From IMG/VR virus record IMGVR_UViG_3300037882_001770, positions 186,001 to 250,000 of that record: a stretch of 64,000 nucleotides of DNA. One strand, given 5' to 3'. The notes beneath the pieces were generated by a model that was not told the DNA's origin, ran no database searches, and saw nothing but the letters and a program-made list of their open reading frames with translations. Each line of letters opens with the position of its first letter. Position 1 is the stretch's first letter. Below are positions 46,318 to 54,299 of this stretch, one piece after another. The translations under genes were made by a program, and so were the position numbers.

Positions 46318-46554
46318 ATGCTGGACGATATCAAACTCGAAGAAAGTATTCGCTTAACTATCCTTAATCTTATGGTGGTGTTGCATGATTGCGGAATTAA
46401 AGAAATACACCTAGGCGGGCTCATGCGAATACTTGGAATTGCCAATGACAAAGCAAGTATGCATGACAATGAGCTGGTTCAAATAGATGATAATTTTGTT
46501 AAATATGTAGAGGAAATAAATGCTCCAAGACCCGCAAATCAATCTTTACATTAA
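46318..46554 (+). CDS. hypothetical protein
   Basis: TAAGTA late-type promoter just upstream; VL...GI..IH.G.LMR.LG. Confidence 0.7.
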   Translation: MLDDIKLEESIRLTILNLMVVLHDCGIKEIHLGGLMRILGIANDKASMHDNELVQIDDNFVKYVEEINAPRPANQSLH

Positions 46555-46796
46555 TGACTTTACCTACGTTTAAAAATGGGGATGCCCTTTATACAGTAAT
46601 CATACGAGACCCAGACGCCAAAAATCATTTAACCAAATGGTCCACATCGAGTCGTAGCATTCAGGCCCGGGTTGAGGACAATCGTATGCATATCTATGAC
46701 CATAATACTCTAAGTCTTTTTATAGTAACTTGGACACACAGTTGGGACAACATGGTCATTTGGGATCCTTGGACCAAACGGCATATTACTTTTTAA
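46554..46796 (+). CDS. hypothetical protein
   Basis: TAATG coupling. Confidence 0.7.
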   Translation: MTLPTFKNGDALYTVIIRDPDAKNHLTKWSTSSRSIQARVEDNRMHIYDHNTLSLFIVTWTHSWDNMVIWDPWTKRHITF

Positions 46797-46868
46797 AATA
46801 CTTGACATACCGCCTTTATAGTGTATAATTAACTAGTGCATCAAGCACTTTATATAAAGGAAATAACA

Positions 46869-47054
46869 ATGTCACAACATGACGCAATCGTAACAGCATT
46901 TAACAACTATATCTCTGAAAACGAGAAATTTACAACCAAAGGTGTAAAAGCATCAGCTGCTCGTGCTCGCAAAGCTCTCCAAGAAATGAGTAAAGGCATC
47001 AAAGAGCGTCGCAAAGAAATTACTGCTGAAAAAGAAGCCTTGGCCGCCAAGTAA
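46869..47054 (+). CDS. histone H1-like (Hc1-type) small basic protein
   Basis: EKF..KG.KA.A.RARKAL.E..K..KE.RKEI. Confidence 0.7.
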   Translation: MSQHDAIVTAFNNYISENEKFTTKGVKASAARARKALQEMSKGIKERRKEITAEKEALAAK

Positions 47055-47055
47055 C

Positions 47056-47505
47056 ATGTCAAGTCCGCTTTGGAAATCTGGACAAACACTAACTGATACA
47101 TTAACAGCATCAGTTAGTGCAACTACAGCCAGTCAAAATTATACCATTGGAAATCTTGGAAGTGGGTTGACTTATTCCAACACAGCTATTACCGGTCTGG
47201 CATATCCTAATGTGACTATCAGTGCCGGGACCAATGCTCAACCGTGGTTTAATACTAATGCAAGCCCTAAGATCAAACTGGACGGTGAAGGTGCTGACAT
47301 AGTGGTCAATGGACACAGTCTAGTTGATGCTATCAATGACATCCGAGATCGTCTCAATTGCCTGCAGATCAATCCGGCGTTGGAAAAGGAATGGGACGAA
47401 CTTAGAGCGTTAGGCGATCAGTACCGCGAACTGGAAAAACAGATCCTAGCCAAACAGGCCACGTGGGATCGGTTAAAGGCCATGCTGCCGCCTGAGATTG
47501 ACTAA
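47056..47505 (+). CDS. hypothetical protein
   Basis: ADI..NG.SL...I..RL..L..NP.LE.EW.EL coiled-coil C-terminus. Confidence 0.75.
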   Translation: MSSPLWKSGQTLTDTLTASVSATTASQNYTIGNLGSGLTYSNTAITGLAYPNVTISAGTNAQPWFNTNASPKIKLDGEGADIVVNGHSLVDAINDIRDRLNCLQINPALEKEWDELRALGDQYRELEKQILAKQATWDRLKAMLPPEID

Positions 47506-47594
47506 ATTAGTAAACTTTGCTATAATGTATGTATATTATGGTAAAAACGCATCAAAATTTGCAGTTATTGGCCCGTGTTGTTGTGCATGAGCTA

Positions 47595-47880
47595 AGTATT
47601 CTAGAGAGTAGAAAACACAACCAGGCTGTCGTTTGTTCGATCAGCGGAGGATTACAGTCTAAATCTACTCCACAACGGATCGACCAGTGCCGCAAAGCTG
47701 GTCTTTTTACAAGAGGACTTCGGAAATCCTCTTCATTGACAAATGGTATAGGCCCGGGGAGAAACAAAACCGCGCTTAAAGAGTATGGCACTGAGGCCCG
47801 AGGTCTTTATCTGTCCTGCGACTTTGTCTATGCGTCCATCCTGGGCACTCCGGTGAACGGTTCACTATAACCGAAAGGAG
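47595..47880 (+). ncRNA. candidate structured leader/ncRNA upstream of cell-wall hydrolase
   Basis: stems GAGTAGA/TCTACTC, AGGCTGT/ACAGTCT, GACCAGT/GCTGGTC, AAGAGGA/TCCTCTT, TAAAGA/TCTTTA, CGGTT/AACCG. Confidence 0.5.
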
Positions 47881-47886
47881 AAGACA

Positions 47887-48447
47887 TTGAAACTTATCTC
47901 AATATCGAACTTAGGTAGTTTTGCATTCAAGTTGGTGGGCTTTACCGCAGTGATGTTTGCTGTGGTCTCAGCGGTCAATTATAAATTGGATGCGTTGGCA
48001 GCAGAAAATCAAGTGGCACGTCAGGGATTTATCAGCGTGGCAGAACGTAGTAAGCAGTTGGATTGCCTGACCCGCAACATCTACTGGGAAGCCGGATCTG
48101 AGCCGTTTGAAGGCAAGGTGGCTGTGGCCCAGGTCACTTTAAACCGCGTGGAGTCGGGACGATTTGCTCGAGACATTTGCGGTGTAGTTTATCAAAAAAA
48201 TGTAGTGTACGATCGAGTAATCTGCCAGTTCAGCTGGTACTGTGACGGATCCAGTGTACGCAAGACCATTTACCCAGCACACTGGAAAGAGTCGGAAGAA
48301 GTGGCCAAAAAGGTCTTACTGGAAGGCTTTAGGCTGCCCAGCGTAAAAAACGCCATGTATTTTCATGCGGACTATGTAAATCCGCGGTGGGGTAAACCAC
48401 AAGTAGCAAAATTTGGAAGGCACATCTTTTATGCGGAAAAAATATGA
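47887..48447 (+). CDS. cell wall hydrolase (SleB/Hydrolase_2) with N-terminal TM anchor
   Basis: CL..NIY.EA.SE...GK.AVAQV..NR; IC.VVYQ; CQFSW; FHA.YV.P.W; G.HIFY. Confidence 0.92.
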   Translation: MKLISISNLGSFAFKLVGFTAVMFAVVSAVNYKLDALAAENQVARQGFISVAERSKQLDCLTRNIYWEAGSEPFEGKVAVAQVTLNRVESGRFARDICGVVYQKNVVYDRVICQFSWYCDGSSVRKTIYPAHWKESEEVAKKVLLEGFRLPSVKNAMYFHADYVNPRWGKPQVAKFGRHIFYAEKI

Positions 48448-48758
48448 TCAAAAACTTAGACACTTTTGTAACGTCATCAAGAACCTGGTTAGAACAACAC
48501 TTGCCCAAAGTAAGTGCTGACACGCTGGGTTGGTTGGCCATAATATTAATTCATTGTGCAACCATTCCTACCCTGTTGGCCTTGCTGACCGGACTCAGCG
48601 ACAATGTGCCCAACCTGGATATTGTGTTGTTCATGTGGTCCGGCCTGGCACTCTTGTTCTTTAGGGCAGTGGTCATGCGTGATCTACTGAACATTATCAC
48701 AATTGGCCTGGGTTTTATTACCCAAGCTGTGATTATGGCCATGATCCTATTCAAATAG
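48444..48758 (+). CDS. membrane protein (three TM helices)
   Basis: hydrophobic 104 aa, ATGA-coupled to the hydrolase. Confidence 0.7.
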   Translation: MIKNLDTFVTSSRTWLEQHLPKVSADTLGWLAIILIHCATIPTLLALLTGLSDNVPNLDIVLFMWSGLALLFFRAVVMRDLLNIITIGLGFITQAVIMAMILFK

Positions 48759-48805
48759 GTTGACCAAAAACTCGTAATTTGTTACAATAGTAGTATGAAT
48801 AACAA

Positions 48806-49216
48806 ATGCGAGTTTCTCCTATGACAATGCATCTTGAAGGCCCGTGGCTTAGTACCACAGGCAAGAAACGTGGTCCACGTAAATGGGCAAGTTCGGAACA
48901 AAAACGCCAATCCGAAAAGCGCCAGGCTGAATGGGATCGCAAGTTGGTAGAATTTGAACGAATGGCTCCCAAGTTCAGTACAGGTCCTTACAATGCACCC
49001 AAGAAGACTCTGTCAGACTACATGCCCAAGACTCCTCCTGGACGTGAAACGGCTCGTATTGAATCTCGTGACACCGGCTGGGTGCCGTGTGTCAAGGTGC
49101 ATGATCAACAGTACACAGGCACCAAAATTAAAGGTATTGGCACCATGCACAAGAGCAATGCAGTTCCGGTATTTTCCGATGAAGAGGCCAAAGATATTAG
49201 TAAAATGCGCCGTTAA
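48806..49216 (+). CDS. conserved basic phage protein
   Basis: YTGTKIKGIGTMHKSNAVPVF...A.DI..MRR; start may be slightly downstream. Confidence 0.8.
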   Translation: MRVSPMTMHLEGPWLSTTGKKRGPRKWASSEQKRQSEKRQAEWDRKLVEFERMAPKFSTGPYNAPKKTLSDYMPKTPPGRETARIESRDTGWVPCVKVHDQQYTGTKIKGIGTMHKSNAVPVFSDEEAKDISKMRR

Positions 49217-49251
49217 TGCATAAGTACTTGTCAAGGAGATAATAAACACAA

Positions 49252-49470
49252 TTGAGTAAAGAAGACGTCATTAAGATGGAAGGTATTATATCAGAAGTTC
49301 TGCGCAATACCACATACCGAGTTCAAATCGAAAACTTTGAAAAAACTGTACTTGCTACGTTAAATGGCCGTATGCGACAGAACAATATCAAAGTACTAGC
49401 CGGAGACGTAGTCGAGCTAGAATTTAGCCCGTACGATTTAACTCGCGGCAGAATTACAAGAAGGCGCTAA
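49252..49470 (+). CDS. infA: translation initiation factor IF-1
   Basis: KEDVI.MEG.I.E.L.N...RV; G.MR.N.I.VL.GD.V..E.SPYDLTRGRI..R. Confidence 0.95.
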   Translation: MSKEDVIKMEGIISEVLRNTTYRVQIENFEKTVLATLNGRMRQNNIKVLAGDVVELEFSPYDLTRGRITRRR

Positions 49471-50604
49471 ATGAGTTCTTGGTATTGTGCTTTACCTTTT
49501 AAACATGTGTTTGTGGACAGTACAGGACTTAGTCCTTGTTGCAATACCGTCGGACAATTTGGGCTTGACGTCAGTATAGACGAATACAAATCACATCCTA
49601 AGTTACTAGAATTACAAAAACAATTTCTTGATGGGCGCACTCCTGCTGCATGCTCTGTTTGCTTGCACCAAGAAAAAATTCAAAACAAAAGTATGAGAAT
49701 AGACAGTAATATTGACTACAATCATCGGGTGTTTGATTCTACCGAGTTTGATTTTATACACCTTAGTCAAAGTAACTTGTGTAATTTCAAATGCCGCAGT
49801 TGTAGTCCAAGATACAGCCACGGAATAGTTCAAGAACACAAAAAATATCCCGAATTGTTTGCGGACGCACCTCAACAAAAATTCGTCGAAGTCAATCCTG
49901 ACAATTATAAATGGATTATTAAAAATTTATCAAGTATTAAAAGACTTTTAATAACCGGCGGAGAGCCCACAGTAATGCCAGAAATAAGACATTTGTTTGA
50001 ATTTTTGTTGCAAACACCGCGGCCGCAACCACAACCGTATATTATGATGACAACCAATTGTAGCTGGACTGATAATTTTTGGTATCAAGCAATTGACGGT
50101 ATGTCTAATTTGCATATCACAGCTAGTGTAGATGCAGTAGGAGATGCTGCGCAACTAATAAGACACGGTACTGTTTGGAATCAGGTAGAGCGCAACGTGA
50201 AGTGGTTAGCCCAGCATGCCTCGAGTTTTGATATCAATACGGTAATTAGCAATTTAAATATAAACCATCTTTATGATTTACTTCAATTCTGCAGACAAGA
50301 ACAAATAGCCTCCAAAGTAGAAAATGGAGGGAAACAGGGAGATTTGGGACTACGGCATCAATTTACTATAGCTAACGGTGTCAATGAGATTACCTGTTTT
50401 CCGGATGATCTAAAAACAAAAACACTAAAACATTTGGATCAGTGCCTTGCATTGGATCTAGATCCAGACCAACTGAAATTGATCAAGGGGTTAATTGTAA
50501 CTGTTCAAAATAGTACATACAATCATCAAAAATGGCAAAGTATTGTAGAATATCAAACCAAACTTGATCAAATTCGTGGTGAAAACCATTTGAAACTACT
50601 CTAA
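49471..50604 (+). CDS. radical SAM protein with N-terminal Twitch-like domain
   Basis: C.LPF..PCC..C..C; CNFKCRSC; TGGEP; TN. Confidence 0.9.
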   Translation: MSSWYCALPFKHVFVDSTGLSPCCNTVGQFGLDVSIDEYKSHPKLLELQKQFLDGRTPAACSVCLHQEKIQNKSMRIDSNIDYNHRVFDSTEFDFIHLSQSNLCNFKCRSCSPRYSHGIVQEHKKYPELFADAPQQKFVEVNPDNYKWIIKNLSSIKRLLITGGEPTVMPEIRHLFEFLLQTPRPQPQPYIMMTTNCSWTDNFWYQAIDGMSNLHITASVDAVGDAAQLIRHGTVWNQVERNVKWLAQHASSFDINTVISNLNINHLYDLLQFCRQEQIASKVENGGKQGDLGLRHQFTIANGVNEITCFPDDLKTKTLKHLDQCLALDLDPDQLKLIKGLIVTVQNSTYNHQKWQSIVEYQTKLDQIRGENHLKLL

Positions 50605-50615
50605 TAAATATTATC

Positions 50616-51158
50616 ATGCGCAAACATATCGATCTTGTAGAAGCAACTACCCGCCCGGCTAAGTTGGAAACTACTCCGTTGCCGTATGGTGAACAGGACC
50701 TAGAACCAGTGATGAGCCAAGCAACCATTGGCTATCACTACGAGCACCTGGCTAAGGGCTATGCCAAACGCTACAATGCCGGTGAAGGCAATGCTGATTT
50801 TAACCGTGCTGGATCATTTTTACATAATAAATTTTTTCCGCAACTAAAAGAACCCAAAGGTGCAAACCGCCCAAAAGGTGCTGTATTAGAACTTATAGAA
50901 ACAAACTTCAAAACGTACGAAGACTTTAAAGCAGAATTTAAAAAGGTGGCCATGTCTGTGCAAGGGTCCGGATGGGTATATCTCTCTACATCGGGCACTA
51001 TCAAAACCATCCCAAATCATCAGGTTAGAACGGATATCTGTGTTCTTGTTGACTGGTGGGAACACGCTTGGGCACTAGATTATCAATGGGACAAAGAGAA
51101 ATATCTAGATAATATTTGGAAAATAATCAACTGGGACGTGTGTAACGAAAGAATATGA
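50616..51158 (+). CDS. sod: Fe/Mn superoxide dismutase
   Basis: LPY....LEP; YHY; FLHN; GSGWVYL; DWWEHA; INW. Confidence 0.88.
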   Translation: MRKHIDLVEATTRPAKLETTPLPYGEQDLEPVMSQATIGYHYEHLAKGYAKRYNAGEGNADFNRAGSFLHNKFFPQLKEPKGANRPKGAVLELIETNFKTYEDFKAEFKKVAMSVQGSGWVYLSTSGTIKTIPNHQVRTDICVLVDWWEHAWALDYQWDKEKYLDNIWKIINWDVCNERI

Positions 51159-51481
51159 TAACTATAAGCGAAACTGCAATAGCAAAACTGCAAGATATTT
51201 TAATCGAGGAAAACAATCCCGATCTTAAATTACGTGTATTTGTTCAAGGTGGTGGCTGTAGCGGAATGAGCTATGGTTTTACCCTGGACGAAGTTCAAAA
51301 TGAAGACGATTGGGATCTGGAAATTTCCGGTGTAAAAGTCCTAGTAGATTCAATGAGTGGTGGCTATTTACAGGGTGCCGAAGTGGATTACAAAGAGGAC
51401 AATTACGGCAGTAGCTTTACCATCAAAAATCCAAACGCACAAACAACCTGCGGTTGCGGCAGCAGTTTTAGTCCCACCTAG
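51155..51481 (+). CDS. erpA: A-type Fe-S carrier ErpA/IscA
   Basis: [16 protein letters not shown]; VDSMS..YL.GA.VDY; [12 protein letters not shown]. Confidence 0.93.
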   Translation: MITISETAIAKLQDILIEENNPDLKLRVFVQGGGCSGMSYGFTLDEVQNEDDWDLEISGVKVLVDSMSGGYLQGAEVDYKEDNYGSSFTIKNPNAQTTCGCGSSFSPT

Positions 51482-51545
51482 CAGTAAATCTCTCAAATTG
51501 CCAAGCTAAAGAAATCTGGTAAATACTACCAGAGGACTTAAATCT

Positions 51546-54296
51546 ATGGCTCAACAATTTATTAATGTAGGCGCATCACCCAATGATGGGCAAGGCGATC
51601 CTATACGAACAAGTTTTATCAAATGTAACAACAACTTTGACCAACTGTATAGTCGAGCTCAAACAGCACCTCCTGCTACCCTAGTAGGAACTCCGGGCGA
51701 TGAAGCCGGAATGTACGCATACGACGTAGACTTTTTCTACTATTGTTTTCAAAATTACGACGGTAGTTCAGTTATTTGGAATCAAGTGCAACAGGCCGGT
51801 AATGTCAATGCTTCAACATTGACAAACGGCGACAGTAATGTAAGAATTGCCCTGCCAGATGGTCCTGTCACTGTTTCTGTAAATGCTGTCAGCAACATAG
51901 CAGTGTTTACCACTACAGATTTAACCTTAACTGTTGATGTGAGTGCCACGGGCAATATTACCGGTGGAAATCTATTAGGCGATACTGATATTGTTGCAGT
52001 GGGTAATGTATATGGTGGCAACTTGCTGGCAAATGCCAACATTGTTGCCACTGCAAATGTTTCGGCCAACAATTTGATAGCATTGGCCAATGTATCGGCT
52101 GTGGGCATCAGTGCCTCTGGTAATGTAACAGGTGGCAACATTCTTACTGTTGGACGCATAAGCGCTACCGGCAACGTCAACGGAAATTATATTTTAGGCA
52201 ATGGTGCCTTGTTGACTGGCATTGTGACCACTGTTGACAATGTTACAAACGGAACCAGTAATGTTCGAATCAGTTCAGCCAATGCCAATGTCACAGTTGG
52301 AGTAAATGGCACAGCTAACGTAGCAGTATTTTCTACTTCAGGATTAACAGTTACGGGCATTTCATCATCCACCGGAAATGTAATCGGTGGCAACATTACC
52401 ACAGCAGGTCAAGTTGTTGCCACAGGCAACATCACTGGCGGAAACATATCAACTGCTGGCGGAATAAGTTCGACTGGAAATATTTTAACAGCCGGCAACA
52501 TTTCTGCTACTGGCAATATTACCACAAGCGGAGTGTTTGTTGGAACATTCTTTGGCAACGTAACCGGTAACTTTGTGGTACCCGGTGCCAATACTCAAAT
52601 TATTTTCAACACCAATGGTAATGCTGATGCAGTTGCAGGCCTGACATACAATGCAATATCAAATGTGTTGACTGTGCTAGGAGTAGTAAGCGCCACTGGC
52701 AACGTGTTGGGTGGCAATTTACTAACCACAGGATTAATCAGTGCCACTGGTAACATACAAGCCGGCAATTTAAGAACCACTGGCGTGATGACTGCCACAG
52801 GAAACATTGTGGGTGGAAATCTTTTAACCACCTTGGTTGAAGCCACTACAGTCAGTGCCACTGGTAACATACAAGCCGCCAATTTAAGAACAACCGGATC
52901 AGTCAGTGCCACCGGCAACGTAGCTGGCGGAAATTTAATTGCTGCAGGCATTACTACAGCAGTAGGCAACATCAATTCAGGCGCCAATATTATAGCGGCA
53001 GCCAATGTAATTGGTGGTAATATCTCCACAGCCGGACAATTATCGGCCGCAGGAAATATTACTGGCGCAAACGTTACTACCGGTGGTAGAGTACTAGCAA
53101 CCGGTAACGTAACAGGTGGCAACATTACTACCGGCGGAGATGTTGACGCATTGGGTGATGTTAGCGGACTAACAGTTACAGCTTCGGCAAATATTACTGG
53201 TGGTAATTTACGAACAGCAGGTGTTGCCAATATAGCCACCTTATTAGTAACAGGAAATACCACATTCACAGGCAATGTGGCCAACATCAATGTCACTGGC
53301 AACGTAACAGGTGGCAATTTTGTTACTCCGGGATTAGGATCATTTGGCACTGTGGTAACTGCAACTGGCAACGTGATCGGCGGCAACGTTACCACAGCTG
53401 GCCAGGTCGTTGCCACAGCCAATATAACAGGTGGTAACATCACCACTGCTGGTAGAGTACTAGCCACAGGCAACGTAACAGGTGGTAACATCACCACTGG
53501 TGGCCTAGTTGTAGCCCTTGGCGACATTACCGGCGGTAACTTAAGAACCACCGGATTAGTTAGCGCCACCGGCAATATCACCGGTAACAACGCAACCATT
53601 ACCAACACACTTACAACAGCTGCCCTCAGTGTAACTGGCAACGTTGCCAATAATCTAGCAGTAACTGGTAACGTGTCCGGAGGCAATCTTAGAACAGCTG
53701 GTCAAGTAAGTGCCACTGGCAATATTACTACAAATGGATTGTTTGTTGGAAACTTTACAGGAAATATTACTACTACTAGTATTATAATTCCAGGAACTCT
53801 TACACTCAACAGTGGAAATTCAGCCACGGCAATTATCAATGGTGGCGGCAATGCTGTGGGCAATATTGGTTCAAGTTCAAACTATTTCAACACTGTATTT
53901 GCCAAAGCAACTTCGGCACAGTACGCCGACTTGGCAGAACTTTACCTAGCCGACACAGAGTATGCGCCTGGAACAGTGGTGTCGTTCGGCGGCGCCCAAG
54001 AAATTACGCTCAGCACAGCAGATCACGACGTGACAGTAGCTGGTATTGTGAGTACCAATCCTAGCTACCTAATGAATTCTGGACTGTCGGGAGAACACGT
54101 GGTTGCAGTAGCATTAACTGGTCGCGTTCCCTGTCAGGTACAGGGGCCAGTACGCCCGGGTGCAATGATGGTCAGTGCCGGAAACGGCCGTGCCAGGGCC
54201 GAAGTTAACCCCGCAATGGGCACTGTAATAGGTAAGGCCTTGCAATCATTCGATGGCGAGGTTGGAATAATTGAAATTGTAGTTGGAAGACTTTAA
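51546..54296 (+). CDS. tail fibre protein with GN repeats and C-terminal chaperone/peptidase-like domain
   Basis: INVGASPNDGQGDPIRTSF.K.N.NF; many VSATGN(I/V)TGGN(L/I) repeats; AQYADLAE.Y...G.VST.P..LMN...AL.GRVP. Confidence 0.88.
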   Translation: MAQQFINVGASPNDGQGDPIRTSFIKCNNNFDQLYSRAQTAPPATLVGTPGDEAGMYAYDVDFFYYCFQNYDGSSVIWNQVQQAGNVNASTLTNGDSNVRIALPDGPVTVSVNAVSNIAVFTTTDLTLTVDVSATGNITGGNLLGDTDIVAVGNVYGGNLLANANIVATANVSANNLIALANVSAVGISASGNVTGGNILTVGRISATGNVNGNYILGNGALLTGIVTTVDNVTNGTSNVRISSANANVTVGVNGTANVAVFSTSGLTVTGISSSTGNVIGGNITTAGQVVATGNITGGNISTAGGISSTGNILTAGNISATGNITTSGVFVGTFFGNVTGNFVVPGANTQIIFNTNGNADAVAGLTYNAISNVLTVLGVVSATGNVLGGNLLTTGLISATGNIQAGNLRTTGVMTATGNIVGGNLLTTLVEATTVSATGNIQAANLRTTGSVSATGNVAGGNLIAAGITTAVGNINSGANIIAAANVIGGNISTAGQLSAAGNITGANVTTGGRVLATGNVTGGNITTGGDVDALGDVSGLTVTASANITGGNLRTAGVANIATLLVTGNTTFTGNVANINVTGNVTGGNFVTPGLGSFGTVVTATGNVIGGNVTTAGQVVATANITGGNITTAGRVLATGNVTGGNITTGGLVVALGDITGGNLRTTGLVSATGNITGNNATITNTLTTAALSVTGNVANNLAVTGNVSGGNLRTAGQVSATGNITTNGLFVGNFTGNITTTSIIIPGTLTLNSGNSATAIINGGGNAVGNIGSSSNYFNTVFAKATSAQYADLAELYLADTEYAPGTVVSFGGAQEITLSTADHDVTVAGIVSTNPSYLMNSGLSGEHVVAVALTGRVPCQVQGPVRPGAMMVSAGNGRARAEVNPAMGTVIGKALQSFDGEVGIIEIVVGRL

Positions 54297-54299
54297 AAT

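Noticed and set aside
47529-47870. 113-aa ORF as a real gene
   Set aside because: No RBS, atypical composition, region better explained by RNA stems; not fully excluded
52739-52890. Near-identical DNA repeats (CAGTGCCACTGGTAACATACAAGCCG) as a CRISPR or DGR signal
   Set aside because: In-frame coding repeats of the fibre; no spacer pattern, no adenine-specific variation, no reverse transcriptase
52595-53686. 363-aa minus-strand ORF and similar antisense ORFs at 51.8-52.6 kb and 20.4-23.6 kb
   Set aside because: Shadow frames of GN/T-rich fibre repeats; no RBS or promoter support
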